Origin: a virus
Lineage: Duplodnaviria > Caudoviricetes
Reading direction: 5' to 3' (one strand)
Length of the DNA: 38,924 nt
IMG/VR virus record: IMGVR_UViG_3300003972_000015
Span: 1-38,924 of that record
Part shown: piece after piece, positions 1 through 9,557 of the stretch
Position numbering within the stretch: the first letter of the stretch is position 1
How the letters are laid out: every line of letters starts with the position of its first letter
The notes under the pieces: generated by a model
The model's input: the letters and a program-made list of their open reading frames with translations, nothing else
The model's database searches: none
Told to the model about the DNA's origin: nothing
Translations under genes and position numbers: made by a program

Positions 1-5
1 CGGCG

Positions 6-2201
6 ATGATTCCCGAAGAACGCTTTTCCACCGAGACGGTTCGCGGCGTGCTCTTGAACCCGTGGTCGCGTGATCGCAAGATCAGCTATCACTGGGGTCC
101 GGTGCAGGTCCAAGACCCGTCCCAAGGGCTTCTGGTCAAACTGTGGACGCTGCGTGTCATTGGCAACGACGCAGTGCTGTCAGCTCCTGGAAGCCCCACT
201 CAGGTGTTGTTCACTCGCGCCAATGGCCTGGACAACGTGAGCTTGTCCTTTGACCAAAACGGGCGTCCTTGCGTGTGCTTCGAGGAGGAGGTCGGCGGCA
301 GTGCGTTCCTGTATTGGTTCGACCCCGTGCCGAATGCTCCTGTATTCATGCCTGTCGATGGCGATTCCCCGAGAATCACGTTGGACGATGCCCGCGCGCT
401 CAACGTGGCCAACTCCGACGTGATTCTCGGGTACGTGCGTGCCGGATTCGTGCGCTACCGCCGTCAGCGCGACCGTTTCACCGTAGAGTACACACCGCTC
501 ATCGGCCCCGGCGGCACTCCTGCACTTGCCACCCGCTTGCGACACATCAGCATGAACAGCAACCTTCGCCTTGAGTTTCTGACCGACACACCAGGCGAGC
601 ACCCGTGGACACTAGGTGACGTGGTGGAGGATCTGTGCGTACGTGCAGGGATTCCACCTGAGTCTGTGGACGTGAGTGAGTTGTATGAAGACATCGTCCC
701 CGGTATGAAGGTCACTAGCACGGACGGGTTCTCCAGCGACATCGACCGTCTCCGTGAGGTGTTCAACTTCGACAAGTCGCTCGTCGATAGGAAGATCCGT
801 TGGCCTAAGCGCGGGAGAGAGCCTGTTGCTTGGATCCCGTACAGCGACCTGCTTGGCAGCCGCGACGAGGCGTTGAAGCAGAATCTGGTCAACGAGCAGA
901 AGCTGCCACGTGAGATCCACATCGAGCACATCGACCCGGACGGCGGCTACGCCAAGAACAAGCAGACTGCACGTCGCCGCAGTAACTTAGTCAAGGCTGA
1001 GAAGAGCGAGACCATCAGCTCTGGGCTCGTGTTGACCGCCGACCAGGCGGCCAGTGCAGTGCTGCAGAAGCTCAAGGTCCGCTGGAACGAGCAGGTCGAG
1101 TTCGAGTTCACCACGTCGATCAAGTACACCTTCGTCACCCCGGCCGACGTGGTCATGGTCGAGGACGCGAAGGGGGTTTGGCACCGTGTTCGCATCGAGG
1201 AGCGCAACGAGGACAGCGGGGAGATCGACTGGAAGGGTATTCAAGACGCAGGTACGCGAGCTTACGGCTCCATCCTGACGGGTAACCCGCTACCGCCACC
1301 GGTCTCAACAACTCCTGGCGTTGTCGGCGAGACCCGGTTTGAAATCCTCAACATCCCGGTGCAACGTGGTCAGGACGATGAGCTCGGCCTCTACCTCGCT
1401 GCGTGTGGTGAGACGTCTGGATGGGCGGGCTACCAACTGCTCTTTTCCAATGACGAAGGCGCGTCATACAGTGAAGTGTTCCAAAGCGAAAATGCGTCAA
1501 TCATCGGCGACACGCTGACCACGCTGCTGGAGGAGCCTGCCGGTTATACGTACCCCAGCGCCCAGACCGTCGAAGTACTCGTCAACTTCCCGTTGAGCTC
1601 GGTCTCGTACGAACAGATCCTGCAGCGCAAGAACCTCTGTGTCATTGGTGACGAGGTCTTGCAGTTTCAAACGGCGACGCTTCTCGAGCAGGTTGATGGC
1701 AAGTATCGCTACCTGCTGAGCGGTCTGTACCGTGGTCGATTGTACACACCTGCCGAGACATGGCCACAGGGCACGAGGTTCGTGCTGCTCGACGCGTCGG
1801 TTATCTTCGCCCCCATCGACCGTGTCTATCTTGGCGCCGATCTGTGGTACAAACCCGTGAGCTTGGGTCAGTCGTCTGACGAGGTCACGCCAACCGCGTA
1901 TCTGTTCAACGAGGGTGTTAGCCAGCGTGAGTTCCCTGTCAGCAACGTGGGCACTGTGCGCGACGGCAGTAACAATGTGACGGTGACGTGGGTTGGTGCC
2001 GCGCGACTCGGCGTCGACACGTCCCCATACCACTCCAAGTATTTCAGAGGCTACCGCGTCAAGTTCAGCAACGGACATACAATCGACACCACCAGCCAGA
2101 CAGCCACCTACCACTCAGCGCCGGTTGGCGTGACGGTGCAGGTGTGCGCGCTGAACGAAATCACGGGCGAAGGTCCGTACTCTCCCGCCATCGCAACCTG
2201 A
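6..2201 (+). CDS. Tail tip / host-specificity protein (GTA-like phage tail protein family)
   Basis: 731-aa ORF. The C-terminal two-thirds resembles GTA/siphovirus tail-tip proteins (LGDVVEDLCVRAG, KLPREIHIEHID, IGDEVLQF, LSGLYRGRLYT, GTRFVLLD) and ends in an FN3-like segment. It lies upstream of a DUF2793-like gene and the lysis genes. Confidence 0.75.
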   Translation: MIPEERFSTETVRGVLLNPWSRDRKISYHWGPVQVQDPSQGLLVKLWTLRVIGNDAVLSAPGSPTQVLFTRANGLDNVSLSFDQNGRPCVCFEEEVGGSAFLYWFDPVPNAPVFMPVDGDSPRITLDDARALNVANSDVILGYVRAGFVRYRRQRDRFTVEYTPLIGPGGTPALATRLRHISMNSNLRLEFLTDTPGEHPWTLGDVVEDLCVRAGIPPESVDVSELYEDIVPGMKVTSTDGFSSDIDRLREVFNFDKSLVDRKIRWPKRGREPVAWIPYSDLLGSRDEALKQNLVNEQKLPREIHIEHIDPDGGYAKNKQTARRRSNLVKAEKSETISSGLVLTADQAASAVLQKLKVRWNEQVEFEFTTSIKYTFVTPADVVMVEDAKGVWHRVRIEERNEDSGEIDWKGIQDAGTRAYGSILTGNPLPPPVSTTPGVVGETRFEILNIPVQRGQDDELGLYLAACGETSGWAGYQLLFSNDEGASYSEVFQSENASIIGDTLTTLLEEPAGYTYPSAQTVEVLVNFPLSSVSYEQILQRKNLCVIGDEVLQFQTATLLEQVDGKYRYLLSGLYRGRLYTPAETWPQGTRFVLLDASVIFAPIDRVYLGADLWYKPVSLGQSSDEVTPTAYLFNEGVSQREFPVSNVGTVRDGSNNVTVTWVGAARLGVDTSPYHSKYFRGYRVKFSNGHTIDTTSQTATYHSAPVGVTVQVCALNEITGEGPYSPAIAT

Positions 2202-2212
2202 GGACCCTAGTT

Positions 2213-2554
2213 ATGCCGACTCCGAATATTGGCCTGCCTACTGCTCCTGGCGGCGCGACTGACCTGTCGGTGGCGTTCAACGCTGCCATGCAGATTATCG
2301 ACGCACTGACCCCGCTGGTGGTGCAGGACAAAGACCTGAACGCGCCACCGGCCACCGTGGCGGGTGACGTAGGCAAACGTTGGATCGTCGGCTCTTCTCC
2401 CACCGGCGCGTGGGCGGGCCACGCAGGCGAGATCGCCCTCTGCACCGCAGCTAACGTCTGGCAATTCATTGTGCCGCCACCGTTCATTACCGCTTACGTC
2501 ATCGATGAGGCCATGGACTACCGTTACGACGGTGTCGCATGGGCGCCGCTGTGA
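2213..2554 (+). CDS. DUF2793-like tail-associated protein
   Basis: ATG 2213 follows GAGGA. TPNIGLP...NAAMQIIDAL...APPA...WIVG..PTGAWAGHAGEIA matches the DUF2793 pattern found next to GTA-like tail tips. Confidence 0.75.
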   Translation: MPTPNIGLPTAPGGATDLSVAFNAAMQIIDALTPLVVQDKDLNAPPATVAGDVGKRWIVGSSPTGAWAGHAGEIALCTAANVWQFIVPPPFITAYVIDEAMDYRYDGVAWAPL

Positions 2555-2739
2555 CCAATGAAGAGGCTCTTCGCCTGGCTCGCGCGCAGCTTCAGATTCG
2601 GTACCAGCAACTCTTATCCTGCCGCATCTGTGGCGCCGACGCCAAGCGATTTGAAGAAGCCATCGAGCGAATCCGACAACTTGAACTCCAACACCGAGGG
2701 GACAGCCATGACATTCAAGTTCAGCAAAGCCAGCCTTGA
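2551..2739 (+). CDS. Small hypothetical protein with CxxC
   Basis: GTG start overlaps the upstream stop (GTGA). Helical, protein-like sequence (NEEALRLARAQLQ..CRIC..FEEAIERIRQLE). Confidence 0.45.
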   Translation: MTNEEALRLARAQLQIRYQQLLSCRICGADAKRFEEAIERIRQLELQHRGDSHDIQVQQSQP

Positions 2740-3157
2740 TCGACTTGCTACCGTGGATCCGCAGCTGCGGAAGGTGGCGCACCGTGCGTTGGAGCTGTCT
2801 CCGGTGGACTTCGTGGTGGTGCAGGGCGGTCGCACGCTCGACGAGCAGAAGCGCCTGTATGGTAAGGGTCGTACAGCGGAGCAGTGCAAGGCCAAGGGTG
2901 TGCCGGTGGAGTACGCGCGCCCCAACGAGGCCAAGGTCACCTGGACACTGAACAGCAGCCACATCGGCGGGCGGGCAATTGACGTCGCCCCATATGTAGA
3001 CGGTGGCATTCAGTGGGACGACAGCGGCAAGCGCGGCCTGTGGCCAAAGATCGCAGCGGCGTTCAAGCAGGCCTCCAAGGAGCTCGGCATCCCTATCACG
3101 TGGGGTGGTGACTGGACCACCACGGTGGACCGCCCGCACTTCGAGCTGAAGAGGTGA
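2708..3157 (+). CDS. Endolysin, M15 family L-alanyl-D-glutamate peptidase
   Basis: GGRTLDEQKRLY, SSHIGGRAID and WGGDW....DRPHFEL are M15 zinc peptidase motifs. ATG 2708 has a GAGGGG RBS; the frame is open from 2558. Confidence 0.9.
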   Translation: MTFKFSKASLDRLATVDPQLRKVAHRALELSPVDFVVVQGGRTLDEQKRLYGKGRTAEQCKAKGVPVEYARPNEAKVTWTLNSSHIGGRAIDVAPYVDGGIQWDDSGKRGLWPKIAAAFKQASKELGIPITWGGDWTTTVDRPHFELKR

Positions 3158-3160
3158 GTC

Positions 3161-3571
3161 ATGAAGGAAGAAGTAGCTAACTTCGTGAAAATGATGAGCA
3201 CTTCGACGAGCACGGGTGTGGCTACTTCGCCGGTGTTTCAGCTGCTCACCAACTACGTCAATCAGCCTGTGTGGGGCGTCCCCGTCACAGTGTTCGGTGC
3301 CTCTGCCGCCGGTGCCTGCATGTCGCTGTTCTTCGGCGACCCGCTACCGACGCGACGCGCACTGTTCGGTCAGACGCTGTCCGCCACGTTCTTCGGCGCC
3401 GCCGGAGCCGTCCTGATGTCGGACGCCATGAACTGGGAGTGGGCGAGCAAGAACATCTCGATGTTCGCCATGGTCAGCGCCGCCATGATCCGCTGGTTCC
3501 TGCCCTCAATCATCGAGCGCGGGAGGCAGCTGATCAAGGAGTTCAAGTTCCCGCTCACAAAGAAACAGTAG
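3161..3571 (+). CDS. Putative holin
   Basis: Several hydrophobic segments and a basic C-terminus; lies between endolysin and spanins. Confidence 0.6.
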   Translation: MKEEVANFVKMMSTSTSTGVATSPVFQLLTNYVNQPVWGVPVTVFGASAAGACMSLFFGDPLPTRRALFGQTLSATFFGAAGAVLMSDAMNWEWASKNISMFAMVSAAMIRWFLPSIIERGRQLIKEFKFPLTKKQ

Positions 3572-3581
3572 GAGGTGACAA

Positions 3582-3887
3582 GTGAGTATCTTAGACATTC
3601 TGATCGTCGTCGCGGCACTGCTGATCTTCCTCACAGCCGTCGCGCGCCTCAACGACATCAAGCGCTCTCAGAACAGCAAGCGGTGGTGGGTGCGGCGCAT
3701 CGGCCTGATGCTGGTGACTGTGTCGATGGTGATGGTGATCGCTTCTTACTTCACCCTCGCCACTCCGTACTGGTACCAAGTGCAGCGGTTCACTGGGCTG
3801 TGGGGCCTCGCGCTCACGTGGTTCACCACCCCGGGGATGCCGCCGTGGTGGAAGTACATCTCACGATATGACGTTGAGCAGGAATGA
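3582..3887 (+). CDS. Putative holin/antiholin membrane protein
   Basis: GTG after AGGAGGTG. 101 aa with 2-3 transmembrane-like segments, within the lysis cassette. Confidence 0.6.
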   Translation: MSILDILIVVAALLIFLTAVARLNDIKRSQNSKRWWVRRIGLMLVTVSMVMVIASYFTLATPYWYQVQRFTGLWGLALTWFTTPGMPPWWKYISRYDVEQE

Positions 3888-3888
3888 C

Positions 3889-4290
3889 ATGGCCATCACC
3901 GAGACTGTCAAGTTCATCATCGCAGTGCTCATTGGCGCTGCTGTACTGTTCGGCGTGCAGACGGTGCTGGACTGGCGCGAAGGCGCGCAGGCCGGCGAGC
4001 AGCTAAGGCGCACCGCCACCGCCATCAGCGGCATTATCAACGACGGCGCCGAGGCCGACGCGCAACGTGACACCGTCGACATGGGCATCGCCCGGGGCCG
4101 CGACAAGTTCAATAACGACTACCAAGAGGCGAAGCTCAATGAACCAGAAACTGCCGCTCGTGCTGCTCGTGTTGTTCCTGTCAGCGTGCGGAACGCATTC
4201 CGCGCGCGGCGACTTGCCCGCGAGCGATCTGCGTGCCCTGACGGCCGCTGTGTCCAGGGACCTGCGCCCGAGGATGCTACCGAACGGTAA
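3889..4290 (+). CDS. Inner-membrane spanin (Rz-like)
   Basis: N-terminal TM segment (FIIAVLIGAAVLFGV) followed by a helical region; overlaps a lipoprotein gene in another frame. Confidence 0.75.
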   Translation: MAITETVKFIIAVLIGAAVLFGVQTVLDWREGAQAGEQLRRTATAISGIINDGAEADAQRDTVDMGIARGRDKFNNDYQEAKLNEPETAARAARVVPVSVRNAFRARRLARERSACPDGRCVQGPAPEDATER

Positions 4291-4501
4291 GGAGTACTGC
4301 GCCGAGTTGGCCCGGACCGAGCAGCAGCAGGACGACTGCATGGGCGATCTGGAGGACGCCCTGTACGCTTCCAACCGCGACAAGGAACGGGCGGCGAGTA
4401 CACTACTGTCTGGGGTCGCCCGCATCGAGTGGGCCCGCAATCCCTGCCGGTGGTGGCAGTTCCGATGCCGGTCACAGCGCAAGCCGACGAACGGTAATTG
4501 A
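4139..4501 (+). CDS. Outer-membrane lipoprotein spanin (Rz1-like)
   Basis: MNQKLPLVLLVLFLSA-C signal with lipobox LSAC; starts inside the Rz-like gene. Confidence 0.8.
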   Translation: MNQKLPLVLLVLFLSACGTHSARGDLPASDLRALTAAVSRDLRPRMLPNGKEYCAELARTEQQQDDCMGDLEDALYASNRDKERAASTLLSGVARIEWARNPCRWWQFRCRSQRKPTNGN

Positions 4502-4526
4502 CGGAAGCCGCCCGGGGCGGTATCCT
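4483..4526 (+). promoter_or_regulatory. Boxed early promoter, copy 1
   Basis: GCCGACGAACGGTAA box, then TTGACG-17-TATCCT; followed by a GC hairpin (~4535-4557). Confidence 0.65.
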
Positions 4527-4582
4527 TTGCTAACCGGGGCGCGAAGGGCGCCCCGGGCCCTTAGACGATAGAGAGACACAAC

Positions 4583-5125
4583 ATGAGCAAGGAAATGTCC
4601 TATCAGGGCCGCATTGTGGCCGTGGTCGAGCGCAACGGCGGTTGGACCACCATCCTTGACGGCATGAAGCAGATCAAGGTCCGCAATGGCGAGCTGACGG
4701 CGTTGGTCGACGGCAAGCCGATCAACCCGGCCAAGCCCAGCAAGCTGCCGTCCACCAGGCGCAAGGCCGCCAAGGCCCCGAAGGCCGCCAAGGCCCCGAA
4801 GGCCGCCAAGGCCAAGCCGGCGGCCGAGGGCGCCGAGAAGACCACCAAGCCCCGCTTGGTGAGCCCAGACCTGAGCCGTTACGTGGTGTCCGACGTCAGG
4901 ACTGCCTCCGGGCGCAGGGCGATCGACCGCAACGACGAAGTGGCCAACCTCCTGCGCGGCATGGATCTGGCCGAGGTGTACGGCAAGGCGGCTGAGGTGC
5001 TCGGGGTCAGCACCAGTGCCCTGAAGGCCCAGTACCAGCACCTCAACCCGGGCATGCAGCGCATGAACCTCGGCAACCGCATCCGCGGCGCTCTGTCCAA
5101 GGCCGCCAAGGCGCGGGGGGACTGA
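4583..5125 (+). CDS. Basic Lys/Ala/Pro-repeat protein, putative DNA-binding
   Basis: 180 aa with KAAKAP repeats encoded by an 18-bp tandem repeat (4763-4813) and a helical C-terminal domain; has its own promoter. Confidence 0.7.
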   Translation: MSKEMSYQGRIVAVVERNGGWTTILDGMKQIKVRNGELTALVDGKPINPAKPSKLPSTRRKAAKAPKAAKAPKAAKAKPAAEGAEKTTKPRLVSPDLSRYVVSDVRTASGRRAIDRNDEVANLLRGMDLAEVYGKAAEVLGVSTSALKAQYQHLNPGMQRMNLGNRIRGALSKAAKARGD

Positions 5126-5379
5126 TCCCCATGATCGCCCAGCAGCACGACCAGGGCCGGGTCGTGCTGGCGCGTGTCAGCCCGGCCTCCAGGTTGTCAC
5201 ACGGGGCCTCGCTCGAGGCCCCGACTGCCGCGGAGGCCCAACTTAACGAGCGGCCGTCGGAGGCCCGCATGGCCCCGGGTAGCGGCTACCATAGCTGCGA
5301 CCCCACAAGCGGCCAACCGGAGCCCGGCCGTTAAGCCGGAGACGGCCCCGGCCGGCCCCGGGCCCCGCCGCCCTCGCGC

Positions 5380-5650
5380 GGGCGCGTGCGCGGGCACCCG
5401 CCCGATGGACAGTCTGTGATAGTTGTGATACCTGTGATACCCTCCCCGGCACCGGCGCAGCCGGCCTGCGCATTCCTCCCCGAGGTATCACGCCTATCAC
5501 GCCTATCACAACGCCCCCAAGAGGCCCGCGGGACGGGAGCTCTGGCTGTGATGGGCAGCGGCGGCCTGCCAATCACGGGTATCACGCAAAACGGGGGGAG
5601 GCGCCCAGCGGGCCGCCAGCCCCCTGCGGTGCCTTCCCCGCGCGGGCGCG
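5380..5650. repeat. Iteron-like GTGATA/TATCAC array, copy A (candidate origin)
   Basis: GTGATA at 5416/5425/5434 and TATCAC at 5486/5495/5504 (9-bp period), with further copies at 5548, 5571 and 5580; directly upstream of the primase. Confidence 0.7.
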
Positions 5651-5651
5651 G

Positions 5652-5680
5652 TTGCTAGGCCGCCCCCGGCGTGTTAACAT
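5652..5680 (+). promoter_or_regulatory. Putative primase promoter
   Basis: TTGCTA-17-TAACAT with extended TG, followed by ATAGAGCATAGCG and an RBS. Confidence 0.5.
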
Positions 5681-5717
5681 GGTGCCAATAGAGCATAGCG
5701 ACACCCCGAGGAAGGAA

Positions 5718-7328
5718 ATGGTAGACCAGCTAAACCTGCACCGCTTCCTCCGGCTGTTCAGGGGCAACCACCGGTCTTATGGCAGGTGGGACCCAAGCAA
5801 GCCGAAGGACAAGCAGTCCCTGACCGAGAAGAACCACGACGGGTTCAAGCCCGAAGTGATCGAGGCCGCGGTGAGAGACCACCTCGATGGTAAGATCGGG
5901 TTCGGCGCCGTGCCGATCCGGGACGACGGCAGCACTCTGTGGGGGGCCATCGACCTGGACAACCACGGGTCGGACAAGGACATCGACATCCGGGCGGTGG
6001 AGCGCCGGGTGGCCGAGAAGGGGTACCCCCTGATTCCGTGCCGCAGCAAGTCCGGCGGTGTCCACCTGTACGTGTTCTTCAGCGAGCCGGTCCGGGCGGA
6101 CATGGTCAAGACGGTGCTGGGCCGCTGGGCCAAGGAGCTGGAGGTGGATGGGGTGGACTGTATCTACCCCAAGCAGGGCAGGCTGGCGGTCAACTCGGAC
6201 GGCGTGCGCGCGCTGGGCAACTGGATCAACCTGCCGTACTACGGATCCACTGGCGGTGATGGCGCTGGCCCCCGGTTCGCCGTGTCGAACGGCAAGAAGC
6301 TGACCCTGGAGGCGTTCCTGTTACAGGCAGAGTCTCGGGCCATCGACGCCCAGACTCTGCAGAAGTACTTCTCGGACGACCTGACCGAGTTGCCCCCGTG
6401 CCTCCGAGCCCGGCTGCAGTCCGGTGGGTTCGCGCCCGGCGAGCGCAACGAGGGCACGTACCAGGTCGCCGTGTTCTGCCGCAAGCGCGACCCGGAATCG
6501 GCCCGCGATGCGGCGCATGATCTGGTCATGCGGTTCATGCCAGAGCATCCCCTGTCGTTCAAGGAGCGCGACAAGACCATACGCTCGGCGGTTGGCAGCC
6601 GCAGTAACAACTACCGCTGCAAAAGCTTTCAAGACGTGTGCGACAGGGAGGCGTGCCGAAAGCTGAAGTACGGTATCTCGGAGGGCGAGTACGAGGCGAT
6701 GACCGCCCGGGCCATGATGCCGGCGTTCCACTCGCTGATCAAGTACCGTAACGCCGAGCCGATGCGATTCGACCTGAGCGTTGGCGATGAGGAGACGTCC
6801 CGCAAGATCGAGGGGCTGACCATTGACGAGCTGGTGAGCTTCCCCGAGCTGCGCAAGGTGGTTATGGCCAAGACCCACATCGTCCTGCCGCGGCTGAAGG
6901 CCGACGAGTGGGACAAGATCCTGCGTGAGCTATTCGAGAAGGTGGTGATCGAGGACATCCCGGAGGACAGCACGCCCGAAGGCATGGTCCGTATTCGCCT
7001 GATGGAGTTCCTGCGTAAGGCGGATCTGAAGAGCGAGGGCGACAACGTCAAGGACCGAGAGGCGTTGGTCCGTGGGGTGCCGGTCGTGCAGCTCTACAAT
7101 GACGAACGGGTGGTGATGTTCAGACACGTGGACTTCGTGTCCTACCTGAACAAGACCCGCACCGACGCAATCAAGAACAAGGACCTGTGGTTCAAGGCGA
7201 GCCGGCACATGGGTGTGCAGAACACCCGGGTGCGGGTAGGCAAGAACGTGATCCCAGTATGGTTCCTGCCCCTGTCCATGATCGAAGAGAACGAACAGCA
7301 TGCGACCGACTTCACCCCAGAATACTAA
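5718..7328 (+). CDS. Archaeo-eukaryotic primase (AEP/PrimPol-type)
   Basis: WGAIDLD (DxD), SKSGGVHLY (SxH), INLPY, then a PriCT-like LPPC...GERNE segment and a Cys cluster. ATG 5718 follows GAGGAAGG. Confidence 0.8.
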   Translation: MVDQLNLHRFLRLFRGNHRSYGRWDPSKPKDKQSLTEKNHDGFKPEVIEAAVRDHLDGKIGFGAVPIRDDGSTLWGAIDLDNHGSDKDIDIRAVERRVAEKGYPLIPCRSKSGGVHLYVFFSEPVRADMVKTVLGRWAKELEVDGVDCIYPKQGRLAVNSDGVRALGNWINLPYYGSTGGDGAGPRFAVSNGKKLTLEAFLLQAESRAIDAQTLQKYFSDDLTELPPCLRARLQSGGFAPGERNEGTYQVAVFCRKRDPESARDAAHDLVMRFMPEHPLSFKERDKTIRSAVGSRSNNYRCKSFQDVCDREACRKLKYGISEGEYEAMTARAMMPAFHSLIKYRNAEPMRFDLSVGDEETSRKIEGLTIDELVSFPELRKVVMAKTHIVLPRLKADEWDKILRELFEKVVIEDIPEDSTPEGMVRIRLMEFLRKADLKSEGDNVKDREALVRGVPVVQLYNDERVVMFRHVDFVSYLNKTRTDAIKNKDLWFKASRHMGVQNTRVRVGKNVIPVWFLPLSMIEENEQHATDFTPEY

Positions 7329-9099
7329 GCACACCCGAGTTGACTACGACGACAAGCGCGGCCGGTTCATAATCAGCTGCCCGATCTGGGACAACCAGCG
7401 CGTGCGTGCGCTACCCAACCGCAGGTGGCACAAGGCCACGGGCACGTGGCACGCCCCGGCGATTAGGGCCAACATCGAGTTCATGGCCGCGATGTTCGCC
7501 GAGTCCGACACCACGGAAGTGACCGAGGCGGCCCGGTCCAAGATTGCTGGCTACATGGACTCCCGCCGCAGCCGGGCCCGGGTGTCGCAGTTCCCAGTTT
7601 TCTACGGGTTTAAGCGGCCGCCGCGTGATAAGCAGCGCGAGGCTATCGAGAAGGTATACGGCCTGCACGCGTTCGCGCTGTTCATGGACATGCGCACCGG
7701 CAAGACCAAGGTGTTCATCGACGTGGCCTGCGCCCTGCGCATGGAGGGCCGAATTGACCGGGTGATCCTCGTGTGTCCCCTGTCGCTGCGCAAGAACTGG
7801 GTCCGCGAGCTCGCCAAGGATGCCCCCATCCCGGTGGACGCTTACTTGCTGGACACCAGCAAGCCGAAGGAGTTCGAGCGCTGGATGCACACCCCGCATG
7901 ACTTCAAATGGTTGCTGGTTGGCGTGGAATCGCTGGCCGCCGGCAAGGCTGTCGATCTTGCTGAGCGGTTTGCCCTCACCTCCGCCCGGGTCTTGATCGG
8001 CGTGGATGAATCGTCGAAGATCAAGACCCACAACGCTACCCGCTCTAAGAACGCGGTGAGGCTGGCCCGGAAGTGTGAGTATCGGGGCATCATGACCGGC
8101 ACCCCGCTGACCAAGAACCCGCTCGACCTGTATATGCAGTACGAGTTCCTGGATCCCGATATAATCGGGCTGGGCGACTACTACTCATTCCGGGCGCGCT
8201 ATGCCGAAATGGGCGGGTATGAAAACCGGCAGGTAGTGGGGTACAACAACCTCGACGAGCTGGTCGAGCTGATATCGCCGTACACTTTCCAAGTACGGCA
8301 GCACGAGGTGTTCCAGCACGACAAGACCCGGGTGCTGCGTGAGGTGAAGATGTCCACCGAGCAGGCCCGGCTGTACAAGGAGCTGCGCACCAAGTCGCGG
8401 TTGGGGCTGTTGGGGTCTGACCGGGAGATGGTGGTCCAGAACGTGCTGGAGAAGTCGCTACGCCTGCAGGAGATCGCCGGCGGGTTCGTGTCTTACCTGT
8501 ACACCGAGGAGCAGCTGTCGGACCTGCGCTCGCGGCTGGGCCCGGCCAAGAAGCTCCCGCGCACCTACCGCGAGCCCATCCCTGGGCCTAACCCGAAGAT
8601 TGCGGACCTGCTCGACGCGTGCGACGAGTACGAGGGCCAAACCATCGTTTGGTGCGCGTTCAAGGAGGAGATTCACGCGGTATGCGAGGCCCTCCAGAAC
8701 AAATACGGGGAAGGCGCGGTGGTGGCCCTGCACGGTGGCGTGGACGAGGCCCAGCGCGACATCAACGTCTACGAGATATTCCAGAAGCGCAAGGCGCGGT
8801 TCATCGTCGGGAATGCGGCGACCGGCGGCATGGGCCTGACCATGGACGCGGCGGACAATATCTTCTTCTACTCCAACACTTACAACTACGTGGACCGTGA
8901 GCAGGCGGAGGAGCGCGGCACGGCGGCCGGCAAGTCCACCTTGATCGTGGACTTTGTGACAGAGGGCACGATCGATGCTGCCATCCTCGCCGCCATCGAG
9001 GAGAAGAAGGACCTGTCCGAGTACATCCGTGGCAAGATCGATGCCGCGCGCGGTAAGCCTGCCGACGCCGTGGCCGACGAGCTGTTCGGGGGCAATTGA
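7300..9099 (+). CDS. SNF2-family (SF2) helicase
   Basis: LFMDMRTGKT, VCPLS, DESSKIK, MTGTP and GGMGLTM...QAEER motifs. Confidence 0.9.
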   Translation: MRPTSPQNTKHTRVDYDDKRGRFIISCPIWDNQRVRALPNRRWHKATGTWHAPAIRANIEFMAAMFAESDTTEVTEAARSKIAGYMDSRRSRARVSQFPVFYGFKRPPRDKQREAIEKVYGLHAFALFMDMRTGKTKVFIDVACALRMEGRIDRVILVCPLSLRKNWVRELAKDAPIPVDAYLLDTSKPKEFERWMHTPHDFKWLLVGVESLAAGKAVDLAERFALTSARVLIGVDESSKIKTHNATRSKNAVRLARKCEYRGIMTGTPLTKNPLDLYMQYEFLDPDIIGLGDYYSFRARYAEMGGYENRQVVGYNNLDELVELISPYTFQVRQHEVFQHDKTRVLREVKMSTEQARLYKELRTKSRLGLLGSDREMVVQNVLEKSLRLQEIAGGFVSYLYTEEQLSDLRSRLGPAKKLPRTYREPIPGPNPKIADLLDACDEYEGQTIVWCAFKEEIHAVCEALQNKYGEGAVVALHGGVDEAQRDINVYEIFQKRKARFIVGNAATGGMGLTMDAADNIFFYSNTYNYVDREQAEERGTAAGKSTLIVDFVTEGTIDAAILAAIEEKKDLSEYIRGKIDAARGKPADAVADELFGGN

Positions 9100-9136
9100 C
9101 AGTGGGCGCCGAGTCCTGTACACTGGGACTCGGCGC
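9096..9136 (+). promoter_or_regulatory. Promoter with -10 inside an inverted repeat
   Basis: TTGACA-17-TACACT; perfect 11-bp arms at 9106-9116 and 9126-9136. Confidence 0.65.
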
Positions 9137-9168
9137 TGGTATCAGTGCATAGATCATAGAGGATTCAA

Positions 9169-9534
9169 ATGTCGCAGGCAAGGCCCCGGGTGTTCGTCAC
9201 CCAAGAGAACACGCAGCTGAACTACTCGCATGCCGAGGAGTATGGCGAGGTGGTGTTCCTGACGGCGCGCGAGGTGTCCCCGATCCCGGGGTCGCTGGCG
9301 AACGCCTTCATCATGGACGAGCTGCGCACCAAGCTCGCCGATTTCGACTTCGACAACGACTTCCTCGCCCCGTCCGGCTCGCCGGTCGTGTGCGGGATGG
9401 CGTTCCTGACCCTCGGCATGCGGCTCGGCGAACCCGGCAGCCGCGCCGGGTCCATGGCACGCCCCAAACAGCTCCGCGTCCTGCGCTGGAGCAATCGCGA
9501 CCGGCTGTACCAGCCGATCACCATCCAGCTGTAA
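9169..9534 (+). CDS. Hypothetical phage protein (alpha/beta)
   Basis: 121-aa ORF with promoter and ATAGAG motif; coding-like codon usage. Confidence 0.7.
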   Translation: MSQARPRVFVTQENTQLNYSHAEEYGEVVFLTAREVSPIPGSLANAFIMDELRTKLADFDFDNDFLAPSGSPVVCGMAFLTLGMRLGEPGSRAGSMARPKQLRVLRWSNRDRLYQPITIQL

Positions 9535-9557
9535 CCCACTAATAGAGGATAGAGAAG

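Noticed and set aside
5416-5585. CRISPR array or lambda-type operators in the GTGATA/TATCAC repeats
   Set aside because: The units are 6 bp at 9-bp period with no spacers. TATCAC matches a lambda operator end, but the 17-bp symmetric operator and a repressor gene are absent.
5131-5658. Short ORFs over the GC-rich region and iteron array A
   Set aside because: Pro/Arg/Gly-rich translations, no convincing RBS, and they overlap the repeat array; treated as non-coding.
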